In this document: positions 39,600 through 51,474 of the stretch, piece by piece
Numbering within the stretch: position 1 is the stretch's first letter
Layout: each line of letters opens with the position of its first letter
Source: Squalus acanthias
Taxonomy: Eukaryota
NCBI GenBank assembly: GCA_030390025.1
Contig: CM059431.1
Coordinates: 125,676,001-125,740,000 of the forward strand
DNA length: 64,000 bases
Direction of reading: 5' to 3'
Notes under the pieces: generated by a model
Seen by the model: the letters and a program-made list of their open reading frames with translations, nothing else
What the model was told of the DNA's origin: nothing
The model's database searches: none
Translations under genes and position numbers: made by a program

Positions 39600-40492
39600 G
39601 GGGTAGAAATTAGGTCGCGCCCCATTTGGGGCGCAAATATCGTCCGGACGCAAATATTAGCGCCTGGCGCTAATTATCGGCACTGACGGGAAACTTCACT
39701 TTTACCGCCCCGGGAGGTGAGTGGAGCACTAAAGCAGGCGCTGCACACCTCTCTTAAGGCGCAAAGGCCGAGCAGTGAGGCGCTAACTCGGAGCGCTGGC
39801 GAAGCTCATGTAATGTCAGTCAGCATTGGAACACACACACAATGGCACGGGCCAGTTCTTAAAGGGGATGGTTAATCTTGCTTTCCATCCACATCCTGTT
39901 CATTGCTGCCTTGAATCTCGGCCTGGAGAGACTTGCACATCAAATGTGCTGGAAAGAACAATGGAGAGCACCAGGCAAAGAGCTCAGAGTGCAGCTCCCA
40001 CGGTCTCTGCTAAATCGATACAAGGAATGGCAAATCAAAATGAACCTGCAAAGTGCTGCTCAGTACCCAAAACTCCTTCACACAACGTTGAATCTCTCCA
40101 GAAGTCTCTCCCTCTCTCTCTCAGAATGCGTAGTTCAAAAATGCCACCAACAATAAAAGACAGGAAGAGGCCCCCTTTAAATAGCGCCCCCCCCAGCCCC
40201 ACAGCGATTGATAGCGTTCCAGTCTTCTGGTCGTTGGAAGCGCCAGGCGGTAAGGCAGGGGGCGCCACTCAATTTCCGCTACGGGGCGCCCCAAGGGCGT
40301 TGCACCATGGAATGACGTCACAATCTGCGCGTGCAGGTGGTCGCAGCGGTAAGTTTTAGCGCCGCCGCACAATCTCAAGTTAAGTTCTCGAGCGGCGCAA
40401 ACATCGCTGCGCCCGGGCGTTAGCGGCTTTGCGCCCCATTAGCGCCCTCTTAAGGCGCTAACGGGTGGCGCAACCAAGTGAATTTTTACCCC
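39600..40492 (+). mobile_element. Harbinger-derived MITE, family A, copy 3
   Basis: TIR ggggtagaaatt / aatttttacccc, TSD ATA. Confidence 0.9.
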
Positions 40493-40533
40493 ATAGTGTT
40501 CAACCTTCGAGTGGACAAGTTTAAGGTGAATTT

Positions 40534-41610
40534 GTGACACCAAAACTGAATTTTCGCAATGTTTTACCGTTAATGCTCATGCAGAATCATCTGAAAGTTG
40601 ATGCAAATTGCTTGCAACCAGTTAAGGAAAAGGTTGATGCTGTCATCAATGCTCCAAAGCTACAGAATGTGGCTGAGTTAAGATCTTTCCTTGGAATGGT
40701 CCAGTACTATGCATGTTTCTTACCTGAGTTAGCGACCATGTTAGCTCTATTGCACGAGCTCCTCAAGAAGGATGTCCAGTGGAAGTGGACGAAAGCACAA
40801 CAGGAAGCTTACGATGCTTGTAAGAGAAGTCTCTCTGGGGATGCTCTAATTGTGCACTATGACACAGAGGGTGAGCTTAAATTAGCGTGTGATGCTTCCA
40901 GCTACGGTGTGGCAGCTGTCATAAGCCACGTAATGGATGACGGCCCAGAGAAACCAGTCGCGTTCGCATCACAAACTCTCAGAAAGACCGAAAGAAACTA
41001 CATGCAAATTGAAAAGGAAGCACTCGCCATAGTGTTTGGAATCAAGAAATTCCAACAGTTCTCGATCAGCAGAAAGTTTATCCTCTGAACCGATCACAAA
41101 CCGCTCCTAGCAATATTGGGGCCTAAATCTGCCATCCCTGCAATGGCCGCATCAAGAATGCAACATTGGGCAGTGTTGTTGTCACAATATGACTACACGA
41201 TTGAATATCGCACTTCAAAGCAAAATGCAATCGCAGATGCCTTGTCCAGGTTGCCACATGAGGACTCATGTCTTCGAAGTGAAGGTGCGATTTTTCCCGC
41301 TAGGTGCAGTTGACATAGACTTTCCCATGATTGCAACTGAGATTGCAAATGAGGCACAAAAAGACTCAGTACTGAAAAGAGTGTCTGAAAACACCTTGAC
41401 TGGATGGACTGATCAGTGTATGGACACAGAATTTAAACCATTCCATAACCGTCGTACTGAATTGTCTTGTGAGCAAGGTTGTATCAAGTGGGGAAACAGT
41501 ACCTTCTTCTTTGAGAGATAGAATTCTGGCTGAACTTCATACTGAACATCCAGGGATCATCAGTATGAAATCAATTGCAAGAAGCTTTGTTTACTGGCCT
41601 GAATTGGACA
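40534..41610 (+). pseudogene. Gypsy pol remnant (RT thumb, RNase H, integrase N-terminus)
   Basis: LRSFLGMVQYY, LACDASSYGV, QIEKEALAIVFGIKKF, TDHKPL, ADALSRLP, LHTEHPGI, with stops and frameshifts. Confidence 0.9.
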
Positions 41611-42101
41611 GTGATCTTGAATCACTTGTCAGCAAAGTGGATTGAAGTGAAACATGTAAGTTCAAACAAGTCTGAGACTAGAAACAGGATCATCGTTGAG
41701 TTCGGAACCAAAACAAAACAGCCCGAAAATTGGTTCAACACCAAAACCTTCTGTGAGGTGATCAGGAAGGCTCCTCAAACCTGTTATTAAACTGTATTTG
41801 TAGTTCATTTAAAAAAAAAAGCCAGGAGTTATTGTTATGTGGTACATGTAATGCTGGGAAAGGTGGGACCATAGTTTTGTTGTATTTGAGAGGGGAATAC
41901 ATACATTTTCTTTAAGGGGAAAGCTGTATACTGTATTATCACATGATTTGTCACATGGTTTAGTATGAGCATGCTCAGTTCGCTCTGGCCTAATAAACAA
42001 GCCCATGGACTAGCAACTCATCCTGTCTCTGTCCTTCATTTGTTCTACCCACATATATTACAATACTCTCCAAGTAAAGTAAGTAAACACTCCATTTCCC
42101 A

Positions 42102-42138
42102 AGTTCTGACGAAGGGTCATCGACCTGAAACGTTAACT
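42102..42138 (+). ncRNA. Minimal hammerhead motif in a short Penelope-type terminal fragment (~42090-42200)
   Basis: agtt-CTGACGA-agggtc-atc-gacct-GAAA-cg-TT-aact. Near-identical copy at 63659. Confidence 0.75.
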
Positions 42139-42601
42139 CTGTTTCTCTCTCCACGATGCTCCCTGACCTGCTGAGTGTTTCCAACATTTTCTGTTGTTAC
42201 TCCATTTTCCTTCACTGGCTCTTCGCTAATCATTTTTTACATTTTTATAGTAGTCGAATTTAAGAGATTTCAATTCGAATGGTCGGAAACATTCTTGAGA
42301 TGATAATGTTTAATAAAACTTCCTGGAGGATGTTTCACCTGAAATGTCCTCATCTAGAGCTGTAGATTGATTGTGTCGCGCCTATTAATAATATTTTAGG
42401 ATTTTCAAATGAGTGCTTGGCAAAGGTCCAAAACAATCCTTATACCAATCTACTCAGGAAACTGCCAAACCATATTTCAACTTACTCTTGAGTTTAAAAA
42501 CGTAATATATCTTTGCAAAAATAGAAGTGAGATTAATATGGATCAATCTACTTGTAAATGGAACGGGCAGAGACTGAGACAGGGTTCCCAACTCTGACAC
42601 T

Positions 42602-45213
42602 GGCCGGAATTTTCCGGGGTGTCCACGGGCGGGATCAGTCGCGGGTTGGGTGGGAAAGTGTTTTTTTTTTACAGCGCCTTTTCCAATGTCAGGTCTGTCA
42701 GCGCTGAGCCGACCAGACAGGCAGTGGCGGGTGACCCAATTAAACTAATTATAATGTACTTACCAGATTCTTAACAGGCTTTTTTTACCTTACTTTTTAA
42801 CTTTAACTTCATGGCCATGGGAACCACGCTGTTCGGTGACAACGTGTGTCAACCTGAGGCGGGAGGTCAGTGGCCATTGCTCCAGCTGATTACCTGACAG
42901 CTTCAAATGTAAAGTAAAAGCTCCCACCTGACAGAGATCACTTTCCTCAGCCACAGTTTTTCCTCACTGCATTTCCACAACAGATTCAGCATGCTGCAAG
43001 TCTTTTCACAAGTCTCCATCCAGTCTCACCTCATTACCTCTCTCACCATTCTGTCATCTGTACTTCACCTGCCATCTATTGCATCAGCATGGGTGCCGTT
43101 TATACTTTCGCACCTTGGTCCTCAGAATCGGACCAAAATCAGCCCCAACACCAGCAGTGGCAGGCACACCAGCAGCACCAACAACAACAACTTCTCTGCA
43201 ATCAACATAAGGTCAGAAATGGGGATGTTCGCTGATGACTGCACAGTGTTCAGCGCCATTCACAACTCCTCAGATAATGAAGCAGTCCATGCCCGCATGC
43301 AACAAGACCTGGATGACGTTCAGGCTTGGGCTGATAAGTGGCAGGTAACATTCGCGCCACAGAAGTGCCAGGCAATGACTATCTCCAACAAGCGAGAGTC
43401 TAACCACCTCCCCTTGACATTCAATGGCATTACCATCGTCGAATCCCCCACCACCAACATCCTGGGGGTCACCATTGACCAGAAACTTAACTGGACCAGC
43501 CACATAAATACTGTGGCAACAAGAGCAGGTCAGACACTAGGTATTCTGCGGCGAGTGTCTCACCTCCTGACTCCCCAAAGCCTTTCCACCATCTACAAGG
43601 CACAAGTCAGGAGTGTAATGGAATACTCTCCACTTACCTGGATGAGTGCAGCTGCAATACCACTCAAGAAGCTCGACACCATCCAGGACAAAGCAGCCCA
43701 CTTGATTGGCACCCCATCCACCACCTTAAACATTCACTCCCTCCACCACCGGTGTACCGTGGCTGCAGTGTGCACCATCTACAAGATGCACTGCAGCAAC
43801 TCGCCAAGGCTTCTTTAGCAGCAGCTCCCAAACCCCCAACCTCTTCCACCTAGAAGGACAAGGGCAGCAGGCGCATGGAAACACCACCACCTCCAAGTTC
43901 CCCTCCAAGTCATACACCATCCTGACTTAGAAGTATATCGCCGATCATTCATCGTCGCTGGGTCAAAATCCTGGAACTCCCTACCAACAGCACTGTGGGA
44001 GTACCTTCACCACATGGACTGCAGCGGTTCAAGAGGCGGCTCACCACCACCTTCTCAAGGGCAACTAGGGATGGGCAATAAATGCTGGTCTTGCCAGCGA
44101 TGCCCAGATCCCATAAGCGAATAAAAAAAAACTGATGTTGCACAGGACACAGGGCATCAGCACCCGACCACATTGCTGCCTGGGAGGCCAGGGATGGTCT
44201 CATCATGGCCAGATTTACTTAATTTTTCACTGTAAACCCTGGCTGCCACATGATGCACCAGGTTGGCACCCCCCCACACCAACAACATAAAGCATCCCTA
44301 CAATGCCCAAGCTATTCCTTTCACACTCATCACCATTGCGGGGGGTACCGTTATGTCTCACCATTCACTGCAACTCACTAAGCCACTTCCAAAGGTGCAC
44401 ACAAATCTCTCGAAGGCCAGAAAGTGCTGAAAATAAAGGTTTTAATGTTTGACACTACATTAATAGAAACTTTACATAAACATTGGATAAAACACCCAAG
44501 TGGCTACCCTTGTGTATTGTTAGTTGATATGATTGCACTAGGATGAGGGTAAATGTGAGGGGTGGCTACTGAGATAGGGAAGTGATAATGTAGATAGAGT
44601 GGGATGGGTGGAGGTGCAAGGTAAGTGGTGTGACTAAGGATGTGCAGGAGTATGATAGGGAAGGCAGTTGGGGATGGGATGAGAGGCACAACAGGATGAG
44701 GTTGAGGGTGGCTTTGTACTAATGTTTTGTCATCTAATGAGATCATTGAAAGGTTTGTGCCATTGCACCCAGGTCCTCCTGACGACATCCCTGCTTGTGC
44801 CCTGCTGTGCAATATGCAACCAGGCTGTTTTGGTCTCCTGGGGAGGTGTCTTCCGCCCATGGGAAGGGAAGAGGACCACTCTTCATGCACTGACTCCCTC
44901 CATAGCATATGGAGGGAGTCATGGGAGAATCTGGGTACAGCCCTCTGCCTCTGTGCAGTCATTGTCAGTGTTTGCAGCACTTCAATGCTGTAGAACACTG
45001 ACAGCACAAATGTCAAAATAAAGTTGGCCATGGTCTCTTTAAGGAAACCAGCTGATGACGCGTCATGAATGATGTCATCAGACCTGCTTCCTCTAATTGG
45101 CCGGCAAATGCGCTGGGTGGGCTTAACAAGCCCAATCAATGTAAATTCATTTTAGACAGCAGGGCCCTGACCCACCACCGATATCGTCCACCGAGTTGAG
45201 CAAAATCCCGGCC
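42602..45213. mobile_element. Non-autonomous Harbinger, same architecture as 18078-19846, with a LINE insert
   Basis: TIR ggccggaatttt / aaaatcccggcc. Myb exon 1 on minus (MTAQRQRAVPRFSHDSLHML). Fused transposase termini. Confidence 0.85.
43203..44130 (+). mobile_element. CR1-group LINE 3' fragment (same family as 2673-4450)
   Basis: Highly similar to 3593-4450, FADD motif, A tail. Confidence 0.93.
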
Positions 45214-45282
45214 ATAGAACCAGTCAAGATTAACTGCATGTCTGTCAGAAGGTGAGATTACCGAGTCCACCATTTCAATGTT

Positions 45283-45762
45283 ATGGTGTCGATTTTAACA
45301 CTATCCAGCTTGTGGAAACTAGGAAGGTGGGCAGTTACAACCAAGCAGATTAAGTATTCGATTGGAACTTACTCACCCCTTCCTACCACCTAGGTTCTGG
45401 AGCCTGCTGAGTCACCCCACCAAAAGTAGATGGGGGCCTCATGAATTTAGGCAAATAAAGCTCATATTACATCTAAGGGTGAAAGCAGGTTGGCAGCTGT
45501 TGGGAAGGAGGAAGGAGTGCCTCTCCGGACCCTGCAAGGAATGTCACATCCTCCTCTGTCCTAGACTTCCCACCTTCCACCCCTCTGAAAGCTCCCTCCC
45601 TGACACTTACCTAGAAGCTGGCGGGCGGCCAAGCCGAGCAGGAAGTGGATCATCAGCATTTAAATGAGTCCCGACATTAAAATTACCAAAGGCTTCCTGC
45701 TGCCACTGGTGGGAGGGAAATTAACTCGCCACCAGAAGCCCACTCTGAGTTAAAATCACCCC
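45283..45762. mobile_element. Non-autonomous MITE
   Basis: Termini ggtgtcgattttaac / gttaaaatcacccc, with internal motifs shared with other GC-rich MITEs here. Confidence 0.5.
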
Positions 45763-46067
45763 CTTTATTAGGAATTTAAGAGTTTGAATCTCCATTCATC
45801 CACGTAAAACATATTGGTTCATCAGATGAAAAGATATTGTTGTGTCTGTATGGAAGATATCTGACGAATGCTCATGCTTGGATAAGTTGGTACTAGCCAT
45901 CTTACAAATTGAATAACAACAACATCGACAGCAACTTTCATTTTTATAGCACGTATAAGCTAGTAAAACATCCCAAGGTGGTTCACAGGAGCGTTATCAG
46001 ACAAAATTTGACAATGTGCTACATAAGGAGATATTAGGACAGGTGACTAAAATCTTGGCCAGAGATA

Positions 46068-46770
46068 GGGGGCGAAATTCAGTTACGCCCCGTTTGGTGA
46101 CCAAATTATCGCCGGAGATTTAGTGCCCAGCACGGAAGTACTGCCACGGCTGCTAAATTCGGCTTACCGCCCCGGCGAGGAAGCGGGGCGCTATCTCGGG
46201 CGCTCCATTTCCTCTCGGGTCGGTGTCGGGGGCGCAAAGCGCGGTAGCGCTGGAGCATTACGCAGCCGCTCCATGTAGCGCTGACGTGTTTCTGCGCCCC
46301 TCCACTTCCGTTAAAGGGGAGGGATGCTGCGAGCTCTGCAGGGCCTCTGATGGCCCACACTAGCCCACCAGGGCGGCGTGTTACCATGGCTGCAGCCCAG
46401 CACCGAGACGCGGTGCCGGGCTGCGTGATGGCTGCCACGGACCACGCCAAGGGCCGCCACGGAGGTCGACCAAAAAAATTAAATGGGTGCGGGTCGCGGC
46501 CGCTCCTCCCTTTAATTGGCGCCCCGCTAGCGGAGGTTGGCCCAGCTCGCGACCTGCGAGGCTGGCGCTGACACCACCCACGGTAGCCTCATGGGGCGCA
46601 GCCGAATTTCTGCCGCGGGTTGGTAAGGGGTCGCAGCAGGGCACTAAGGGGTCGCGGCGCACGGCGATGACGTCATCGCCAGTGGCGCAGCGGCCCGGGG
46701 AGCTACCGGCGGGGGCATGGCGCTATCAACTAGCGCCTCAGTAGCGCCCCACCGAATTTCTCGGGAAGCG
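46068..46770 (+). mobile_element. GC-rich MITE distantly related to family A
   Basis: Left end ggggcgaaattcagtt.cgccccgtttgg resembles the 15807 terminus. Contains TGACGTCA; right end unclear. Confidence 0.6.
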
Positions 46771-49318
46771 CCACTACAAATCACTACAAATCCTACAGAA
46801 GAGGATGAAGCTGATTATGGGGGGTGGATTTCCGTGTTTTTCCAGGATTTCTGCCGATCTGCCACCGAAGTTACATCGGATGAGCAGGAAAAAGGGCAGG
46901 GGAATGGGACTAAAGGGATTGCTCATTCAAAGAGTTGACACAGGCACGATGGGCCGACCAGCCTCTTCCTGTGCTGTGTGATTCTATGAGCAGTTGAACC
47001 CCTGTGGAAATTTCCCGCCTGTGTGCTTTCAGTTGCAAGATTTTTGTGAAGGTTGCAGAGTGTGCCATAAGAAGTATTACGGGCTTTCTTGGCATTTTAC
47101 CTATTTTTCTACCATTTTTTACTTGAATTCCTCAAAGCAGCCTTCTAATAGAAAATGGCTTGCCGTCTCCTTTGAGGACTTGTAACCAAATGAAAATTGT
47201 GAGGCATGCTGCTTCATCGACTTTGCAATTGAAGTTTTTTGTCGATGTTGGTCTTGAAATTGCAGAAAATGCATAAGAAATCATTAATAATGATCTTTGG
47301 TTAAATTTTATGAGTTACAGCTCCAGGCATGGAGCCTCACGCAACAGGAGGTCAGATTGGAAAATTGGGCTCGGAGGTTAGTGTGCCTGATTCATGGCCC
47401 TCCTGATTTCTCTGGTCATTATAATTAACAAGCAGAAATTACAAAGGCTACAAGTCAGGCACACAGACCCGCTGCACCTGATTATTTAATGTGCCTGCTG
47501 ACTGAACCCAGTACTCTCCTGGTCTGTAAGACTCAGTTCCACGCTGGCAAGTACATTAATCAACTTAGCATTCAGCGTAGCTGCAGTGATACCATAAGTA
47601 GTTATTCAATGAAAAGCAGTGCACCTGAGGTGTAAACAAAATATAAGAATGCAAAATATCTCCGCAAGTAAGTGCAGCAAGCGTTTACATGACTCCCTCA
47701 ATTATATGACAGCAATTATTTTCATCTTTCTTCGGCCTTTGATTGGGATCCAAGCATCAACTTAATTTAAAGAATTGAAATATCTGAAGACCGAATGCAA
47801 ATAAAATGGAGTTCAAATATATGCTAGGTTAAGTTCTGTATGAGTAAAATTATGCTGCGCTTGAGAAGAACAAATTTACAACACAGCAACAGGAGTAATT
47901 TGATTTCCACAAAAGAGAAAAGTAAATAAGTGGAACAGGAGATGTGCCATCTGTTTGCATGCCATTTATTTTTGCTCGAAGGTGTTTTACAGATGTGCAA
48001 ACGTCTGTTTAACAGATTTAACAGATGAAATATTACAATGCATTGTGGGCCTTTTAAAATTACAATTCATTTCATTGTTTTTGTTTGCTTATTCTGCTTA
48101 TTTTACATGTTAGTTAATGACCTTTTCAAAACTGCCATTAATGGCCCATTCTTCAAAAACCCCACCCTTGGCCTGTCTGTACTTTCCAATGTACTTTCCA
48201 AACACCACCCCAAGTCTAACCTTCCCTTCCTTTCCATGGTCTTTGAATTTGCCATCACATCCATGGTCACCGCTCCCACAAATTCCTGTTCCAATCCCTC
48301 GGCCGGTATTTTCCGTACCTGGGCAGGTCGGGTGCGGGCGGTCACCGTGGTGGATAGTGACCCCGTTACTGATTCCGTGCCACTCCTCAGATCAACTTTG
48401 TGTTAATGGGGCCTATTAAGGCGGCCCTATTAAATGGTGCGGGTCTGATGACGTTCTCGATGACGTGTTTTCAGCCCGGATATTTAAATGAGCCACGGCC
48501 ACATTGCATTTGAAGGTTCATTTAGGGGTGGGCAGGCAGCACACTGCATAATTGGACCGCTGGAAAGAGTGCCAAATATGACAGCACTGAGACAGAGGGC
48601 TGCACCCAGGTTCACAGATGACTCCCTCCATATGCTTGTGGAGGGAGTGAGAGCACGCAGGGAGGTCCTCTTCCCTTCTAATGGGCGGAAGAGACTTCCC
48701 CATTAGACCAAAAGAGCCTGGCTCCAAATAGCAAAGGAGGTCAACAGCAGGGATGTGGTCAGGAGGACCTGGGCGCAGGGTCGCAAACATTTCAAAAATC
48801 TCATTAGATCAGGAAAGGTGAGTACAAAACCACATTGAACTTCATCCTGCTGTGCTTCTCATCACAACCCCATCACTCTGCCTTACCAACCCTGCTGCTG
48901 CCCATCCTTGCTCACACCAACATACCTTGCACGTCCACCCATCCCTCTCTCTCTATCTACATTATCACATCCCCATCTGACTAGCCACCCCTCACACTCA
49001 CCCTCATCTTAATGCAATCAAACCAACTAACAACACACAAGGAGGCCACTTGGCTTTGGCACCACACTTCACCATAGTCTCTCTCTAAAGATGTAACCCA
49101 TCCATTCCTTACACTCATTCCATCACTCTCACTCAACCTTCTCTTCTTTCCCTCCTTGCAGGAAAAGAGAACCCAAAATAAGAGGGAGAGAACCGGAGGT
49201 GGAATGCCATCATTGGCGATCCTAACATCATGATGCGGAGATGCCGGTGTTGGACTGGGGTGGACAAAATTGAGAGGTCGCACAACACCAGGTTATAGTC
49301 CAACAGTTTTATTTGAAA

Positions 49319-49360
49319 TCACAAGCTTTCGGAGCTATCGATCGCCCCTTCCTCAGGTGA
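49319..49360 (-). ncRNA. Minimal hammerhead motif in the Penelope terminal region
   Basis: tcac-CTGAGGA-a-ggggc-gatcgata-gctcc-GAAA-gc-TT-gtga. Confidence 0.7.
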
Positions 49361-49694
49361 AGTAGTAAAGAAATACAGACTCGACAAAGCATATATAGAT
49401 AGAGAACAATGCATGTGTACCTTACAATTGCAGACAACTAAATTAAATCATCCTGACTATCTGCCGAGGTGTGATAAAGTTAATCAGGTCAGCCAGGAAG
49501 GTACCACATCAAAGACATAGCAAGATACAACTGAGACAATGAGGTGGAGTCGCAGGGGGTCTAACGTGTCAAAAGCTGCCGTCTGTAAGTAAAACGATAA
49601 GCTGTAAATTTTTTTTACTTTTTTACTGGGAAAATTTTTACTTTTTTACTGGGAATCACATCTGTGAACAAGCCAACGACGACTCGAGTCCGGA

Positions 49695-51474
49695 TCACGT
49701 CATGTATCGTGACATAAACCCAAGATCCTGGTTGAGACCGTCTTCATGAGTGCGGAACTTGGCTATCAGTTTCTGCTCGATGATTTTGCGCTGTCGTGTG
49801 TTCCTAAGGTTGCCTTGGAGAACGCTTACCCGCAAATCCGACGCTGAATGTCCTTGACTGCTGAAGTGTTCCCCGACTGGGAGGTAACAATCCTGCCTGG
49901 TGATTGTTGCACGGTGCTCGTTCATACGTTGTCTCAGTGTCTGCATGGTCTCGCCGATGTACCATGCCACGGTGCATTCTTTCCTGCAACGTATGAGGTA
50001 GACAACGTTGGCCGAGTCATATGAGTATGTACCATGTACCTGGTGGGTAGTGTCCTCACGTGTGATGGTGGTATCTGTGTTGATGATCTGGCATGTCTTG
50101 CAGAGTTTGCCGTGGCAGGGTTGTGTGGTGTCGTGGTCGCTGTTATCCTGAAAGCTGGGTAATTTGCTGCGAACGATGGTACTTCTGAGGTTAGGCGGCT
50201 GTTTGAAGGCAAGTAGTGCAGGCGTGGGGATGGCCTTAGCGAGGTGTTTGTCATCATCGATGACATGTTGAAGGCTGCGAAGAACATGGCGTAGTTTCTC
50301 CGCTCCGGGGAAGTACTGGACGACGTAGGGTACCCTGTTGGTTGTGTCCCGTGTTTGCCTTCTGAGGAGGTCTATGCGATTTTTCGCTGTGGCCCGTCGG
50401 AACTGTCGATCGATGAGTCGAGCGTCATATCCCGTTCTTACGAGGGCGTTTTTCAGCGTCCGTAGGTGTCCATCGCATTCCTCCTCGTCTGAGCAGATCC
50501 TGTGTATTCGCAGGGCTTGTCCATAGGGGATGGCTTCTTTAACGTGGTTAGGGTGGAAGCTGGAGAAGTGGAGCATCGTGAGGTTGTCCGTGGGCTTGCG
50601 GTAGAGTGAAGTGCTGAGGTGTCCGTCTTTGATGGAGATTCGTGTGTCCAGGAATGAAACCGATTCTGAGGAGTGGTCCATGGTGAGTTTGATGGTGGGA
50701 TGGAACTTGTTGATGTTATCGTGTAGTCTTTTCAGTGATCCTTCGCCATGGGTCCAAAGGAAGAAAATGTCGTCGATGTATCTGGTGTACAGTGTTGGCT
50801 GGAGGTCCTGTGCAGCGAAGAAGTCTTGCTCGAACTTGTGCATGAAGATGTTGGCGTATTGGGGTGCGAATTTGGTCCCCATGGCTGTTCCGTGTGTTTG
50901 GGTAAAAAAATGGTTGTCGAAGGTGAAGACATTGTGATCAAGGATGAAGCGGATGAGTTGTAGGATGGCGTCTGGAGATTGGCTGTTGTTGGTGTTGAGT
51001 ACTGAGGCTGTCGCAGCGATGCCGTCATCGTGGGGGATACTGGTGTGGAGTGCCGATACGTCCATCGTGGCGAGGAGTGTTCCCGGTTCAACTGGTCCGT
51101 GGGTGCTGAGTTTCTGTAAGAAGTCTGTAGTGTCGCGACAGAAGCTGGGGGTTCCCTGTACGATGGGTTTCAGAATGCTCTCGACGTATCCAGAGAGGTT
51201 CTCACACAGGGTTCCATTGCTTGATACGATAGGACGTCCGGGTGTGTTGGCTTTGTGTATCTTTGGGAGGCAGTAGAAGTCTCCCACGCGGGGAGTACGT
51301 GGGATGAGAGCGCGTAGGATGTTTTGAAGGTCTGGATCGAAGGTCTTGATCAGTCTATTGAGTTGGCGGGTGTGTTCTTTGGTCGGATCTGCGGGTAGCT
51401 GTCTGTAGTGTTCCTGGTTGTCCAGTTGTCGGTATGCTTCTTTACAATAGTCCGTTCTGTTCTGTATGACGATG
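49695..51474 (-). CDS. Penelope reverse transcriptase + GIY-YIG endonuclease (N-terminally truncated, uninterrupted)
   Basis: FYCLPKIHK, GRPIVS, MDVSAL, GTAMG, RYIDD, YRKPT, NVVYLIRC...YIGET...QRMNEHR. Confidence 0.92.

Larger units (their letters stand above)
35681..42062 (+). mobile_element. Ty3/Gypsy LTR retrotransposon, internally deleted, with nested insertions
   Basis: 5' LTR 35681-35813 + 39541-39543 and 3' LTR 41925-42062 (TGT...ACA), 5-bp TSD ATACT. PBS-like tggcaacaagg after 39543 and PPT aaggggaaag before 41925. Confidence 0.93.
49231..51474 (-). mobile_element. Penelope-like retroelement, 5'-truncated
   Basis: RT + GIY-YIG ORF, 3' terminal region with a hammerhead, 13-bp TSD gatcctaacatca (49218-49230, 51475-51487). 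Confidence 0.95.

Noticed and set aside
42991..43818. 275-aa ORF as a novel fusion protein
   Set aside because: Chance in-frame read-through from Harbinger sequence into a truncated LINE RT.
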